Shown here piece by piece: positions 25,542 through 38,310 of a stretch of 64,000 nt of DNA; position 1 is the stretch's first letter; every line of letters starts with the position of its first letter. Below the pieces are notes generated by a model, which searched no databases, was not told the DNA's origin, and saw nothing but the letters and a program-made list of their open reading frames with translations. The stretch is from Eledone cirrhosa (Eukaryota), in NCBI GenBank assembly GCA_964016885.1, contig OZ024754.1, positions 30,380,001-30,444,000 of the forward strand, in the 5' to 3' direction. Made by a program: the position numbers and the translations under genes.

Positions 25542-26224
25542 TTTACAATAAAATTAGGTGTCAAAACTAGGTGATAAGTTCAACTGTCCAAAATCTTTCA
25601 TCCTTTAAAAATGATATCGACAAAAATTAGCTTATTCTTATATTGTTGTTGTTGTTTAGCCCCAGGTCAGCTTTGTTTGAACAGATATATGATCAAAGGC
25701 ATGGTAACTGCGATAACCCCATTTTAATTATTATATGTTCGGCTATAGTGTACCTAAAACTAAATTTTCTAGTGTGACTGTTGTTTGTTTCGCTGTTTCA
25801 TTAAAGATGGTAGTATGCGAGTTAAGGAACATTTGGCTGCGATGTCTAGCATATCGAATGACCATGTTAAATAGGGTTCTCTCATTGTATGCGTGTATGC
25901 TAAAGATAAGGATAAATGAAATGAGAACGCAGTAAGGGAGGTTACTCTAGCTAACCAGCATTGCAATCGTTACACAGCATTAACTTCGTTTGTGAGAAAT
26001 CGTGTGCTGAAACAGATGCTTGTGTTTGAATCCCAATGACTTCACCAATTACCCCTCCCCTAAGCTGATAAAGCGACACACAGACACCAGGGTCAACCCA
26101 ATTAACTAAGCCCCCTTTGGTCACGTGTCAAATGATCTAATTAGGTAGGTAATACTTCAAGTAAAAAACACACACACACACAAGCACGAGTTAAGTTTCA
26201 TTTCGTTTTTTATTATTAATCATG

Positions 26225-26710
26225 TTAAGGTGGTGAATTTTCAATAATTGGTGGAGCGTCGGACAACATGCTTTGCGACATAGAGTTAAATCTCACCGAA
26301 GTTAGCGTTGCCTTTCATCCTGACGGGGTCAATAAAACGAAGAGGAGACACAGAAGAACATGAATAATTACTTAGAATGTGACATAGGTTACTTAACTAA
26401 TAATAATAATTGTTTTACTTTTGGCACAAGGCCAGCAATTATCCCAGTACCTACTGGTACTTTATTTTATCGACCCCGTAAGGATGAAAGGCAAAGTTAA
26501 CTTCGGCGGGATTTGAACTCAGATCATGAAGGGAAGTAACTCTATACTTCTAAGCATGGCGCCCGACCCTCTACCGATACTGCCAATCCACCGGTTTCTT
26601 ATATAGGCACAAAGCCAGCAATTTGGGGGGAGGGGAAAGTCGATTAAATCGACCCCAGTGCGTGACTGGTACTTTATTTTATCGACCCCGAAAGGATGAA
26701 AGGCAAAGTA
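26225..26710. mobile_element. Cluster of three type 2 SINE copies (26225-26340 +, 26400-26592 -, 26595-26710 -)
   Basis: Similarity to 23490-23675. Confidence 0.7.
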
Positions 26711-26722
26711 CCAGTCTGGGGT

Positions 26723-26792
<70 letters not shown>

Positions 26793-26971
26793 GCTTCTCT
26801 GGAAGAAATCGGACGTATTCAGGCCAGGACAAGAGATGGGCTCTGCCAGGTTTAAAGTGCTCAAGATTTTAAAGTATGACATGATGGTACCCATATGACT
26901 TAATTAGGAGTCATCGGCAGGACCAGATTTAGACCTCAGGGGCCCTGAGAAGTTCAGGTTTCGTGCCCCCC

Positions 26972-27007
<36 letters not shown>

Positions 27008-27871
27008 ATCACAAAATTGTTTTTCGTTTTGCCTTGTTTCCGTTCGTTGTCTTGTCTCCTCCTTGTTAATTTTCTTAATTTTCTTAAGTTTATTATTACT
27101 AATCTGTGACGTACGTGCCCCGCCCATATATATATATATATATATATATAAACAGAGAGAGCGAGAGAGGGAGAGAGGAAGGGGCCCTGTTCGGAAAGGA
27201 AACAGGGCATTCGCCTCTAATGCCCGCTGATAAATCCGACTCTGGTTACAGGTCCATACATGATATGTTTAATGAAGATTGTGTAATAGAAATAACGTAG
27301 AAAATTACTGAAACGGTACGATAATAAAGAAATATTTTATCGTGGTAAGACGTAGCTGAGAGATACCACACAAACTGGAGTGTAGAGTTTATCTCTCCTC
27401 GCTCTCTTCTCTTTCTTTCGTTGTTTAATTTCTTCTTAAATTCTATTTATTTTCCTTTTCTTCAATTCTTTATTTCGTTATTGCTTTATATATATTTTTT
27501 TCTGTAAATAAATGTTTGTGATTCCTGATTCAATAGCAAATTAAATAAAGAAACATAACTCTAAGGGAGTTACCTCCCTTGAAGTTTTGTTTATTTATTT
27601 ATTACCATATTTTAAAATATTCTGATCAAATAATTCTGAAGTGTTTTGTTTGTTTTAGTTTAGTCTAGGTCAGTTCTAATCGGAAAAGCCTATGACAAAA
27701 GGCAACTCAACCTTGACCAATTGACTTTCCTAAGCACAGTGCAACCAGAAGCAAATTGTCCGATGTGCATTTGCCTTTATTTTTAGAACAGTAAGGGTGT
27801 GATTTGAGGGATATTTAGCTACAATTTTTAGCAGATTGAACGCCCATCTAGAGTAGTTATGTGTGTGTATG

Positions 27872-27938
<67 letters not shown>

Positions 27939-28964
27939 TAGTAATGTGCGTGTATGTATATATATGTATATATATATATATATATAGTAGTTATGTGCAT
28001 GTATGTATATATATATATATATAGTAGTTATGTGTGTATATATATATATGTGTGTGTGTGACCCAGTGGGCTTTAAATTTGAGGTTGGGTGTTCGATTCT
28101 TGGACCAAGCTCAGTGGGACTGAACCTACAATTACATCAGTAGCTGGCTATTAGTGAATTGATGAAGCAAGAAAGGAATATTTTGATGGAGTGATGCTTG
28201 AGCTGTGAGATCTTGCATCCATAATTTTCAACTCTTCTTATTAATAACTGCATTGTTTCTTTCCCGAGACTAAGCTGGTAATTCCATGAGAGTATCTTGG
28301 TCAGCCTATGAACTTTTCAGCTGACCCTCATATAAAGAATATGAATGTCTTGTGACAAAATGAGAAAATAGAATCAAGAAAAACAAGGTTTCATAATCTT
28401 TCCGTGTATACCGCACAGTGCTTTTCACTTTATTCCTTGTTTGTTTTGGGGGTGCACGCTACACACCATAACTAAATGTTTCTAGCTTCTTTTTCAGACC
28501 TCCTGTTTGTGAAAAAATAGCCCGCAGAAAACAGGAAACTGTATCAAGAATCAACCAACGCTGAGTACCATTTGACTTCAATCATACCTTTTCTTATACA
28601 ATATTATGTAATAAAACGTTTGAATAAAGTTTTACTGATTTGTTCCACTCCCATTTGTCTCTTCTTCTGTTTGACTAAAGTTTTATTGATACTGTATATG
28701 TGTTGTTTCATCTATTTCTAAAATTTCTGTGTATTCTTCAGTTTCTACAAAGCCATGTGTGTGTTTAATCTGTGTTTTATGTCCTCAATTGATAAATATT
28801 CCACCATTACTTGTGTATCTGGATGTAAAATGAAATGTTGAATTTTTGTGAGAATGCTAAAAACTTATTCCCAGTCCAGCCCTGACCTAAATAAAACTAG
28901 GCTTTTTTCTGGTCAAAAAGAGGTGCATGTTGTACAGGAATGCACACAATATATGGAAGAATAT

Positions 28965-29220
28965 ACTCTTCTTCTTCTTTGTTTATTTATTCCTGAGAGG
29001 ATCATGGAGGCAGAGTCCTCAAACATTACTTCCAGCAGGTCCTGTCAGAAGCAATTGTCTCCAACTGAACCAGCTGGATTTCCAAGCAAGACCAGCCAAA
29101 GTCATGGATATTATCCAACCATCTTTCTTCGGGTCTATCCCTGGGTCTCTTACCAGTTGGTTTTGCTCGTAAAATCTGTCTAACAATTCTTTCCTGAGAC
29201 ATTCTAACCACATTCGAATA
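28965..29220 (-). mobile_element. LINE (RTE-like) 3' fragment with (AAG)n tail
   Basis: VRMSQERIVRQILRAKPTGKRPRDRPEERWLDNI. Confidence 0.65.
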
Positions 29221-29962
29221 TGGTACCTACATAAGTATATGGTACCTACCAAAATTATCTATATCAATCAGACAGCCACTGAAAAGATAAGCAATGTGAA
29301 TGAAACAAATAGATTTTTTAAATGTAAATAAAACCAGTGCATTGTATTAGTGAGAAAATGCTGAAAGAAGGAAAATAATTTTTACTTTTGTGATCAGAAT
29401 ATGATGAGGAGAGAGGTCATCAGAAAAGGAAGTGGAACTATTGAAAAGGAAGGGTCAGAATTGCATTCTGGGAAGACAGAAAGAAATAAGACAAAGGTGA
29501 GAGAGAGAGTTGGGGATGGAAAGATAGAAGAGAAGAAAAAAAGATTAATAGAATAAGGATGGAAATACAGGTGATACTTACTTAGAACAGGACAGTTGAC
29601 CAGAAAAAGCAACTGGTATTAGCGAAAAGGAAAGAGGGATGAGTCTGACATTTTGGGAGGACAGAGAGAAATAAGAAAATAGATAGAAAGAGAGATGGAA
29701 TGAGAGAAGGCAAGAAAGAAAGATTTACAGCTGAAAATGTGTAAACAATGTATGTGGATCATATCTGTGTTTATTTTCAATCAAACATAGCAAAATGTGC
29801 ACAAGAAGGACACATATAAGACTCAGATATATGGAAAACAATGCTAGCCTTTCCAGCCACCATTGTAGGTTACTTAACAACCTAGTTTAGATGTATAAAC
29901 ATCTGGTTGACTGAAGAAACATTGGGTAAATTTGAAATGTAGTAGTCCGAACGTAAATGGAT

Positions 29963-30322
29963 ATAATTGTTTCTACTTTCGGCACAAGGCCAGCAATTAT
30001 CCCAGTGTATTACTGGTACTTTATCTTATCGACCCAGTAAGGATGAAAGGCAAAATTAACCTCGGTGGAATTTGAACTCAGACCGTAAAGGGACGTAACT
30101 ATGCTAGAAAGCATGGCGTCCGACCCTCTACCGATACTGCCAATTCACCGACTGGATATAATTATTTCTACTTTTGGCACAAGGCCAGCAAATACCCAGT
30201 GCATTACTGGTACTTTATTTTATCGACCCCGTAAGGATGAAAGGCAAAGTTAACCTCGGCGAGATTTGAACTCAGAATGGCAAGGGCCGTAACTCTATGC
30301 GTCAAAGCATGGCGTCCGACCC
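29963..30322 (-). mobile_element. Two tandem type 2 SINEs
   Basis: Reverse complement of the 23490-23675 family, head to tail. Confidence 0.75.
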
Positions 30323-30469
30323 TGAGAAAATCGGACAAAGTATTCCAGTTTATGGAAAAAAGTGGACATGTTTTCCAACTGGGTGTTCATACTTCTAGTT
30401 ACCGGCTTAAAATCTTTTTTTTATATACAAATACAGATTTATTGTATAAAGGTGAAAATAAATTAGTTC

Positions 30470-31882
30470 AAACAAAATATGTATGGGACTATCGTGTTTT
30501 GAAGAAATATAGATAGGTTCTATCGTATTTTGAACAAATATATGTAGATCTTTCGTGTTTTAAATAAATACATGTGGATCTCTTGTATTTTGAACAAACA
30601 TAGAGGGTCAATCGTGTTTTGAACAAGGATAAGTGTGTCTATTGTGTTTTGAACAAATATATATGGGACTATTGTGTTTTGAACACATATGTAGGTCTAT
30701 GACAGAGATGGAGGGCCTGCGGCCTTCTATGCCTTTCTGTGCGGCCTTTTGAAAAAATAAAAACAATTCCAACGGATTTTACATTTTTATTAATATGTTT
30801 TTGTCTATCTCTAATTATTTTAATTTAAAAGTACTTATTGCTACAAATCTACATTCTCCTATCTAACCAAAATCAAGACGTCTTTGAGATCACAAATGGT
30901 GGATGCTCATCTCGAGGCTCAGTTGAAACTTCGAACCTCCATATTGCAACCAAATATCAAAATACTTTCCTACAACAAACAATCACAACAAAGTCATTAA
31001 AAGGTAGATATTTTTAAAATTAACTCCCCCAACCCGTTTTTTTTTAGATAATAATTAGATTTTTTACAAAATAATGTAGATTTTAAGAATATATAATTAT
31101 GGTTTCTTGAATGTGTCATTATTATATTGCAAGTAACTTAATGCGGCCTTTCAACATGAAAAGGTTTCCTCCTTTGGTCTATCGAATTTTGAACAAATAT
31201 ATGGGTCAATGGTACCCTTTCTTATACAAATATATGTGGGTTTATTGTGTTTTAAACAAATACTTGTAGGTCTATCGTGTTTTGAACAAACATGTGGGTC
31301 TATCGTACCTTATCTTATACAAACATATGTAGGTTTATCGTGTTTTGAACAAATACATATGTCTATTGTGTTTTGAACAGATACTTGTGGGTCTATCGTG
31401 TTTTGAACTAATATAGGTGGGTTTATCGTGTTTTGAACTAATATAGGTGTTCTATCGTGTTTTGAACAAACATAGGTGGGTCTATTGTGTTTTGAACAAA
31501 TACTTCTGGGTCTATCATGTTTTGAACAAATAAAGGTGTGTTTATCGCGTTTTAAAGATACAAAGGTGTGTTTATCATGTTTTAAAGATATAAAGGTGTG
31601 TCTATCATGTTTTGAACAAATAAAGGTGTGTTTATCACGTTTTAAAGATACAAAGGTATTTATCATGTTTTAAAGATATAAAGGTGTGTCTATCATGTTT
31701 AGAACAAATAAAGGTGTGTTTATCACGTTTTAAAGATACAAAGGCGTGTTTATCATGTTTTAAAGATATAAAGATGTGTCTATCATGTTTAGAACAAATA
31801 AAGGTGTATTTATCGTATTTTGAATAAATAGATGTGTTTAGAGCAAATACAGGTGGGTCTATTGTGTTTAGAACAAATAAAG
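30470..31882. repeat. ~30-bp minisatellite (GGTCTATCGTGTTTTGAACAAATA..), interrupted by a hAT element
   Basis: Direct inspection. Confidence 0.85.
30703..31176 (+). mobile_element. Internally deleted hAT (Charlie/SPIN-like) transposon
   Basis: Frame ~30830-31000 reads STYCYKSTFSYLTKIKTSLRSQMVDAHLEAQLKLRTSILQPNIKILSYNKQSQQSH*, resembling the Charlie/SPIN-type transposase C-terminus; CAG/CAA ends, subterminal TGCGGCC motifs, imperfect 8-bp TSD GTCTATGA/GTCTATCG. Confidence 0.75.
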
Positions 31883-31955
31883 GTGGGTCTATCCTTAGCT
31901 AGACCTAAGGGACAAATTGACGATGGCATTGCTGTGGACTGTGGCCAGCAATACC

Positions 31956-32270
31956 CACAAAATATATAATTTGTTTTTTTTTTACAAAAGTGGAGGTGCT
32001 TGTAGAAAGAATTGTGGTTATCTAATTTGTTTTTATACATAGCTGTTTCAGCTATGGTTAGCTTTTTAAAGTTACATTTCCGATGTTACACATGAGGTGG
32101 GGTTGTGCATTTATTTACACAATACTGAGACAAATATAACATTGAAAATGAAACTTTGAAAAGCTAACCACCGCTGCAACTGGTTAGTACTAAAACAAAA
32201 TAAATAACTACGAATCTTCTGCAAGCACACCTTTACTTTGGTAAAAAAAAAAAAAAATGGTATATTTTGT
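31956..32270. mobile_element. Degenerate foldback/MITE with ~135-bp diverged inverted arms
   Basis: e.g. TGGTTAGCTTTT..AAAGTT vs AACTTT..AAAAGCTAACCA; GTGCTTGTAGAA vs TTCTGCAAGCAC. Confidence 0.6.
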
Positions 32271-33344
32271 ATGAACAAATTTCTTCTCATCTTGTATGTA
32301 AATTTGCATTTACATATTTTTTAAAAATCATTAGTTACATCATCAACTCTTTTATATTTTACCTATATATACTGTAAATGTGGTTGGCGTTAGAAAGGGC
32401 ATCCAGCTGTAGAAACCAAGCCAAAATCAGCCCTGGGTTAGCGAAACATAGTCCTCTGACCTGATCTCTCCCAAAGGGTCAGCCCGTCATACCCATGCTA
32501 GTGTGGAAAATGGATGCTAAACGATGATAATGATTATATATATGTGTATATATATATATATATATGTGTGTGTGTAAGGGAGTGTGAGCATGTAAGAGAG
32601 AGAATGTGTGTGCATAAATTAATAATCTTTGATATCATTGCTGATGCATGTAAATATGAAAATCTAAATAGCCCCCACCACCACCACCATCACCACACAC
32701 ACACAAAAAAAAAAATCCCCAAACACACAATAATAAACAAATAAAACAAAACAACTAATGTTTAACTTATCTTGCTTTCCCAATATCATTTCCAAGCAAT
32801 ATTGCTGAAGTGTACATATTTTACTTGAGTGCTTGAAACATATCCAGATTGATCCGGATTAATCCAGCAACATTTCATAACATATGCAGCAGGCATTAAT
32901 AACCTTTCAATAGTATATCCCTTAGCCTTATATTGTCTTCTGTAATAAACTGTCTGGACAAATATTTCTTTAATTATTTATATATTCAACAGAAATAATC
33001 CTTGATTCTGATGCAGCTATATGAATTCATGGACATGTATCATCATCATCATCATCATCATTTTACGTCCGCTTTTCCCTGCTTGCAAGGGTATACATAC
33101 ATATATAAATATACATACATGTATATATATATATATATATAAATATGTATGTGAGTGTGTATATATATATGTTATATATATATGTATCTGTGTGTGTATC
33201 ATCATCGTTTAACGTCCATCTTCCACGCTAGCATGGGTTTATATTATATATATATATATATGTATGTGTGTGTTTATATATATTATATATATATGTGTAT
33301 GTATGTGTGTATATATATGTATATATATGTATGTATGTATATAT

Positions 33345-35335
33345 GTAAAGTTATATTTAAAATTGTTGGGTTACAACTAGTAAATATTTATAACTGATAT
33401 AAAAGCACTCGACAAATACTTGGAGTATATTTACGCTATAATAACCACAAGAATTCTTTCACAGATCCAAATAAAAAATCTTCAACGGCACTATCAGGTG
33501 TACTCTGGCAACTTAAGCTAGATAACGTTAGATATTCGACGGCTTGGAATATAGTCTCAAGAGGGATTCCTTTTAATTCATCCTCTGAGACATGTGACCT
33601 CTGCGCAGAGGAGATATTCTTTATACTAAAATCTAAAAATTCCCTTAACCTACGGACAAATTTATTCAGTTGTTGCAAACATAGATTAAACTCAACGTTT
33701 AAATATAAATTTAAATTTAAAATGTAGTATATTTAGTTTGATTTATATTTATATGAGAACTAGCCGATAAATCTTTTTGATTCCTAAATCTTTGATTCCC
33801 TCTTTTTACTCTTTTTATTGTTTATTTTATTTTATTTTATTTATTTTTATTTTTTATTTTTATTTTTATCTAAACATTCCTCATGAAAAATTAAGCTACC
33901 CTAAAAGCCGATGCTCCAAATTTTTTGAATTAACCTTACACTTGATAAACTTATATATTAAATATAGGAACATATGTAGACATTATTGGACATCATAATC
34001 TTTTTTTGCGATATTCCTTGCTAGATGTGATTTGATAGATAATTTTTGGCTTTGTCTTGTAGTGAACTTGGCAATATATTGTCAATTAACTTTGAAGGGT
34101 TGTTCTTTGTGGTTTATTTTTATTTTCATTTTTATTTTTATTTTTATTTTTATTTTTATTTTTATTTTTATTTTTAGTATTGTAGTATTCTATAATATTT
34201 TTATTTTTTATTTTATTTTATTTTTATTTTTAATATTTTTATATGTAAATTTTTATTTTTAATATTTTTATATGTAAAGTTTTAATACGTAATATTTTTA
34301 ATACGTAGTATTTTTAATATGCAATATTTTTATTATGTAATATTCCTTCGTAATATTCTTTTTTAGTTTTCTATTCTATATTTTTATATATTTTTACTTA
34401 TTATCATTATTATTGTTATCTCTGCTTATAATATTATATATTTTCGATTAGTATATTGAAATCTGCTCTCTATTTCTGCTTGATAGATAATCTTGTAGAG
34501 TAATCGCAAGAATAATAATACGCTCAAATTTTTATACCACATTGAGAATGTTTTCCGGTAACTTTGAATTTGCGGAGTGAATCAGTTGGATTCACATAGA
34601 CATATGAATTTTTTAAAAAACTAAACATAAGATAATGAATTTTCACGCATTGTGAATACTTGTTTCATTCAGGAATACTGATATTTACAATATAGTGTAA
34701 GTTTTATAAATACTAATACATTAAAACATAGGGTTTTCTACGCCTCGAATATGTCTGGCTATTTTAAAATTTTTTCTCTCTCTATATCTCTCTATATCTC
34801 TCTATATATCTCCCTTACATTAATACTTGAGCTAAATAAATAAATAAATAAATAAATTAATGCATCATTGATACACTTACTCAAAATGACCTCCCACTAC
34901 CTAATTTTTCTATATCTATATTTATATATGTATCTATCTCTATTTCCTCTCTCTATATATATTTATATCTCTTTCTGTCTCTTTACATGAAGCTCTTCGC
35001 TTTATCTATTTTTCCATCTCTCTATTTTGTCCCATGCATTTCTTCTTTTTCTTTTTCTTCTTTTTCTTCCTTTTCTTCGTTTTGTCTTTCTTTCTTTCTT
35101 AGTTCCCTCTTTTCTCTCTCTCTTTCTTTCTCTCTGTATTTTCACTGCTAGAGTAAACCTCTTCAAATGAAGTTGATGTTTATTACGGTATGTCGAATAT
35201 ATTTATCTATAAAACTGTTTATATTGTATTTTGTCTGATGAAGGCATAGCATATTGTTAATATGATATCCCCGAAATATATATAATGAAATAAATATGGT
35301 TTTATAAATATAGTTTTCCATTTATTTAATATTGT
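33345..35335. mobile_element. ~2-kb degenerate element bounded by oppositely oriented pieces of the 18586-type terminal repeat (Penelope-like candidate)
   Basis: 33345-33440 matches 50900-50990; 35185-35335 matches 18750-18895 including CTGATGA..GAAA; no recognisable coding motif inside. Confidence 0.45.
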
Positions 35336-35394
35336 ATGTATGTATATATATATATATGTATATATATGTATGTATGTATATATATATATATGTA

Positions 35395-35766
35395 TCTTTG
35401 TCAAGGCAGAATTCTAGGAGAAGGAAAACTCTGATATAACACCTGCAACCCTGATGGTATCCAATGATGTTGACTTGTTCTTCTTTTTGGTAAATATCAT
35501 CTTGGTTAAGAGAGTGGGACTTGCTCACTATAAAAGCTTCACGGCACAGGCATTACTTTATATCTGGAGATCTCTCTGCACTTGTCGTCACATGGTACCA
35601 TGGGCCCAGCACTATGTGTCAATAATTGTCACAAGTGTAGTGTTTGTACCAGAGTTTTCAAGTCGCTGGCTGGACTAAAAAGTCACACTCGTTCAGCGCA
35701 TCGGTAGGGGTTCTCCTACATGGATATAAAGTGGTGGCCGTACTCGAAAACGAGTTGGCAGCCACC
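35395..35766 (+). mobile_element. Bipartite non-autonomous derivative of an RTE family B relative (5' UTR + 3' zinc-finger end)
   Basis: 35395-35555 resembles 2021-2215; 35628-35708 encodes [22 protein letters not shown], like the last finger at 5780-5853. Confidence 0.7.
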
Positions 35767-35839
35767 ATATATATATATATATGTTTGTGTGTGTATATAT
35801 ACATATATATATGTGTGAATGTATACATACGTATATATA

Positions 35840-36045
35840 CCAGGAATCCCAGTGGAAGGAAGCCTCAATAGAAGTAGACCAAGAAAGACCTCGGCAGAGG
35901 TGGCTGAGAGAAGATCTCAAATCACTGAGACACACAAAGGAAATGATGAATGAACACAGCGAGTGGAGAGATGTTGTGCTGAGAAGGACCCGTTCAGCCC
36001 ATGCAAGCATGGAAAAACGGACAAAAAAAAAATGATGAGGATGAT
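35840..36045 (+). mobile_element. 3' end of RTE family C (source family of the 48-bp satellite)
   Basis: RPRQRW..EDLKSL..EMM..WRDVVLRRTRSAHASMEKRT followed by a GAT tail. Confidence 0.7.
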
Positions 36046-36296
36046 ATATATATATATAGAGTTATGTGGTAAGCAGCTGAAGTATATGATAATTTTCATC
36101 ATCATCATCATCATCATCATTTTATGTCCGCTTTTCCCTGCTTCGTCATCTCCTTCGTGAGCTTCAGCAATCTGAGGTTAGCTCTCACCACCTCTGCATA
36201 TGATTTTCACGGTCTTCCTCTACTGCGTCTTCCTTCTACTGGGATTTCTTGGCACTTCTTTACCCAGTGGTCATCCTCTATGTTATATATATATAT

Positions 36297-36748
36297 ACAA
36301 TGTCACTGGACCGAGACCTTTGGCGGTACTCAGTAATAGAGAAGACCCGCCTTACCTAAATACATAGTAAAACCTACTACAATCAGTAGGCATCTCTAAC
36401 AAAATACACCCCCGTCCCACCCCATCCACACCGCCCCCTTCTATGTAAAGTTATGTTGGTGCCACACCATCCAGGCCGAAACAAATGAGATCGTGTAGGT
36501 GTCACAACAAAAAAACACACAGTCCACGCTGTAATGTGGCCGTGTAGGCAACACAGTAAAAACCTCCCAGACCCACACTGTAAACGTGGTTGGTGTTAGG
36601 AAGGGCATCCAGCTGTAGAAAACCTGCCAGACAGTCCTATGCGAGCAAGACAATCACTCTTGCCTCAAGTGGGAAAACCCCCGTCCAAACCCATGCAAGC
36701 GTGGAACACGGACGTTAAACGTTGATGATGATGATGATGATGATGATA
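36297..36748 (+). mobile_element. RTE family A 3' end
   Basis: Matches 6697-7250 but lacks the 3' UTR duplication; (GAT)n tail. Confidence 0.85.
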
Positions 36749-36750
36749 TA

Positions 36751-36952
36751 TAGTTATGTAATAAACAACATAAGATAATTATTTCATTTACCAGTGGTTT
36801 CTTGAAGACAGATATTTATGTCTGTCTTCATTCATCAGAAAAATAAAGCTTTCATATTATTTTTCTGATGAATGAAGACAGACATAAATATCTGTCTTCA
36901 AGAAACCACTGGTACATAAATTAATTATCTTATGTTGTTTATTACATAACTA
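36751..36952. repeat. Inverted repeat (96-bp arms, 10-bp spacer), each arm a hammerhead motif
   Basis: UUAUUUUU-CUGAUGA-A UGAAGACAGA cauaaaua UCUGUCUUCA A-GAAA-CCA C UGG-UA/AAUGAAAUAA; partial third copy at ~52030-52090. Confidence 0.7.
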
Positions 36953-37044
36953 AAAAGCTCTGTAGCTTACATAGAGCACTCTCTTTTCCTTTACCTTTCC
37001 TATGGAAATACTTCATTTATATATATATATATATATATATACAA

Positions 37045-37180
37045 ATAATTGTTTCTACTTTTGGCACAAGGCCAGCAATTACCCAGTACATTACTGGTAC
37101 TTTATTTTATCGACCTGTAAAGATGAAAGGCAAAGTTAAACTCGGCGGGATTTGAACTCAGATCGTAAAGGGACGTTACT
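37045..37180 (-). mobile_element. SINE type 2
   Basis: Similarity to 23490-23675. Confidence 0.7.
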
Positions 37181-37809
37181 TATACAAATAATGAATCAAA
37201 ACATATCAAATTTTGTGTTTCTCAATAAGCAAGCTCAATAGACATTATCTCTCTCTATATATATCTTTTTCATTTGGTTATATATATATATGTATAAGAG
37301 ATAAGGTAGTTTTCATTTTTTGTTGGTAAAATCAGACGAGTAGAAGGATTATGTAACTATTAATGAAGTGACAACCTACCTGCTAGGTCACTTAATATGT
37401 ATAACTGAATCCAATGAGATAATATTCCAGGTGTTAATCCATAGGCATTTTTTTTCAGGTTCCAATAATCACGGAGTACGTATAAGTCCTGTGTTAGGAA
37501 AACATACAAAGCTTGATTAGAAAAGATATTATTTAATTATCATTAAATAATATTTTTTTCTAATGAAGCCTTGTATGTTTTTTCTAACATATTACTTATA
37601 TATATATATAAAATTACAAAAATATTATAAAACACCATAATCTAGATGAGTGGGAAGAACTTTTATTGCGTAACACTTACACGTGTTTCATCATATGTGT
37701 TACATATAAGTTTTGGACCGCTAACTTTTGATTATTTCATTATTTTAATCAAAATTAATTTGCATTCAACTACTTAGATATTTAGTTACAATAAATTTTC
37801 AAAAACGGA

Positions 37810-37853
<44 letters not shown>

Positions 37854-38090
37854 CACACATACAAATATAATTTAATCATGTACTTCAGCTATTTAGCACA
37901 CAGCTTTATATATATCTTAATTAACTACCCACATGAGCACGATTATTATGCAAATTAGTACAACCATTTAGGTTGCTACTATACTATAAATGATAGGGTA
38001 TATGACCCTCGATTACATATTTCATTGTGGTTGTTTAGATGATGTACATGACTTCTGATGTGAGGAAAGCCCAAATAGAGTTGAAAACTG

Positions 38091-38310
38091 GTTAACCCTT
38101 TAGCATCAAAACCGGCTGTATCTGGCCACAATTCTCTCACCTCTTTCTGTTCAAATCGGCCATAACTGGCCACTATTCATACTGATGTTCGGATATTGTT
38201 CTCAGAATAAATAATATCAAAATCTCATAGATTCGATATTATGTGAGATAAATCCTTTACTGTGAAAATACAATAGTAAATATAGAATAATGTAAATGCT
38301 AAAGGGTTAA
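38091..38310 (-). mobile_element. piggyBac-type MITE
   Basis: TTAACCCTTTAGCAT...ATGCTAAAGGGTTAA inverted ends. Confidence 0.8.

Noticed and set aside
32770-33015. Possible coding exon on the minus strand
   Set aside because: Stops in the frames examined, no clear splice sites and no recognisable homology
37660-37710. GAAACACGTGTA palindromic stem III-like motif on the minus strand
   Set aside because: No upstream CUGANGA core found
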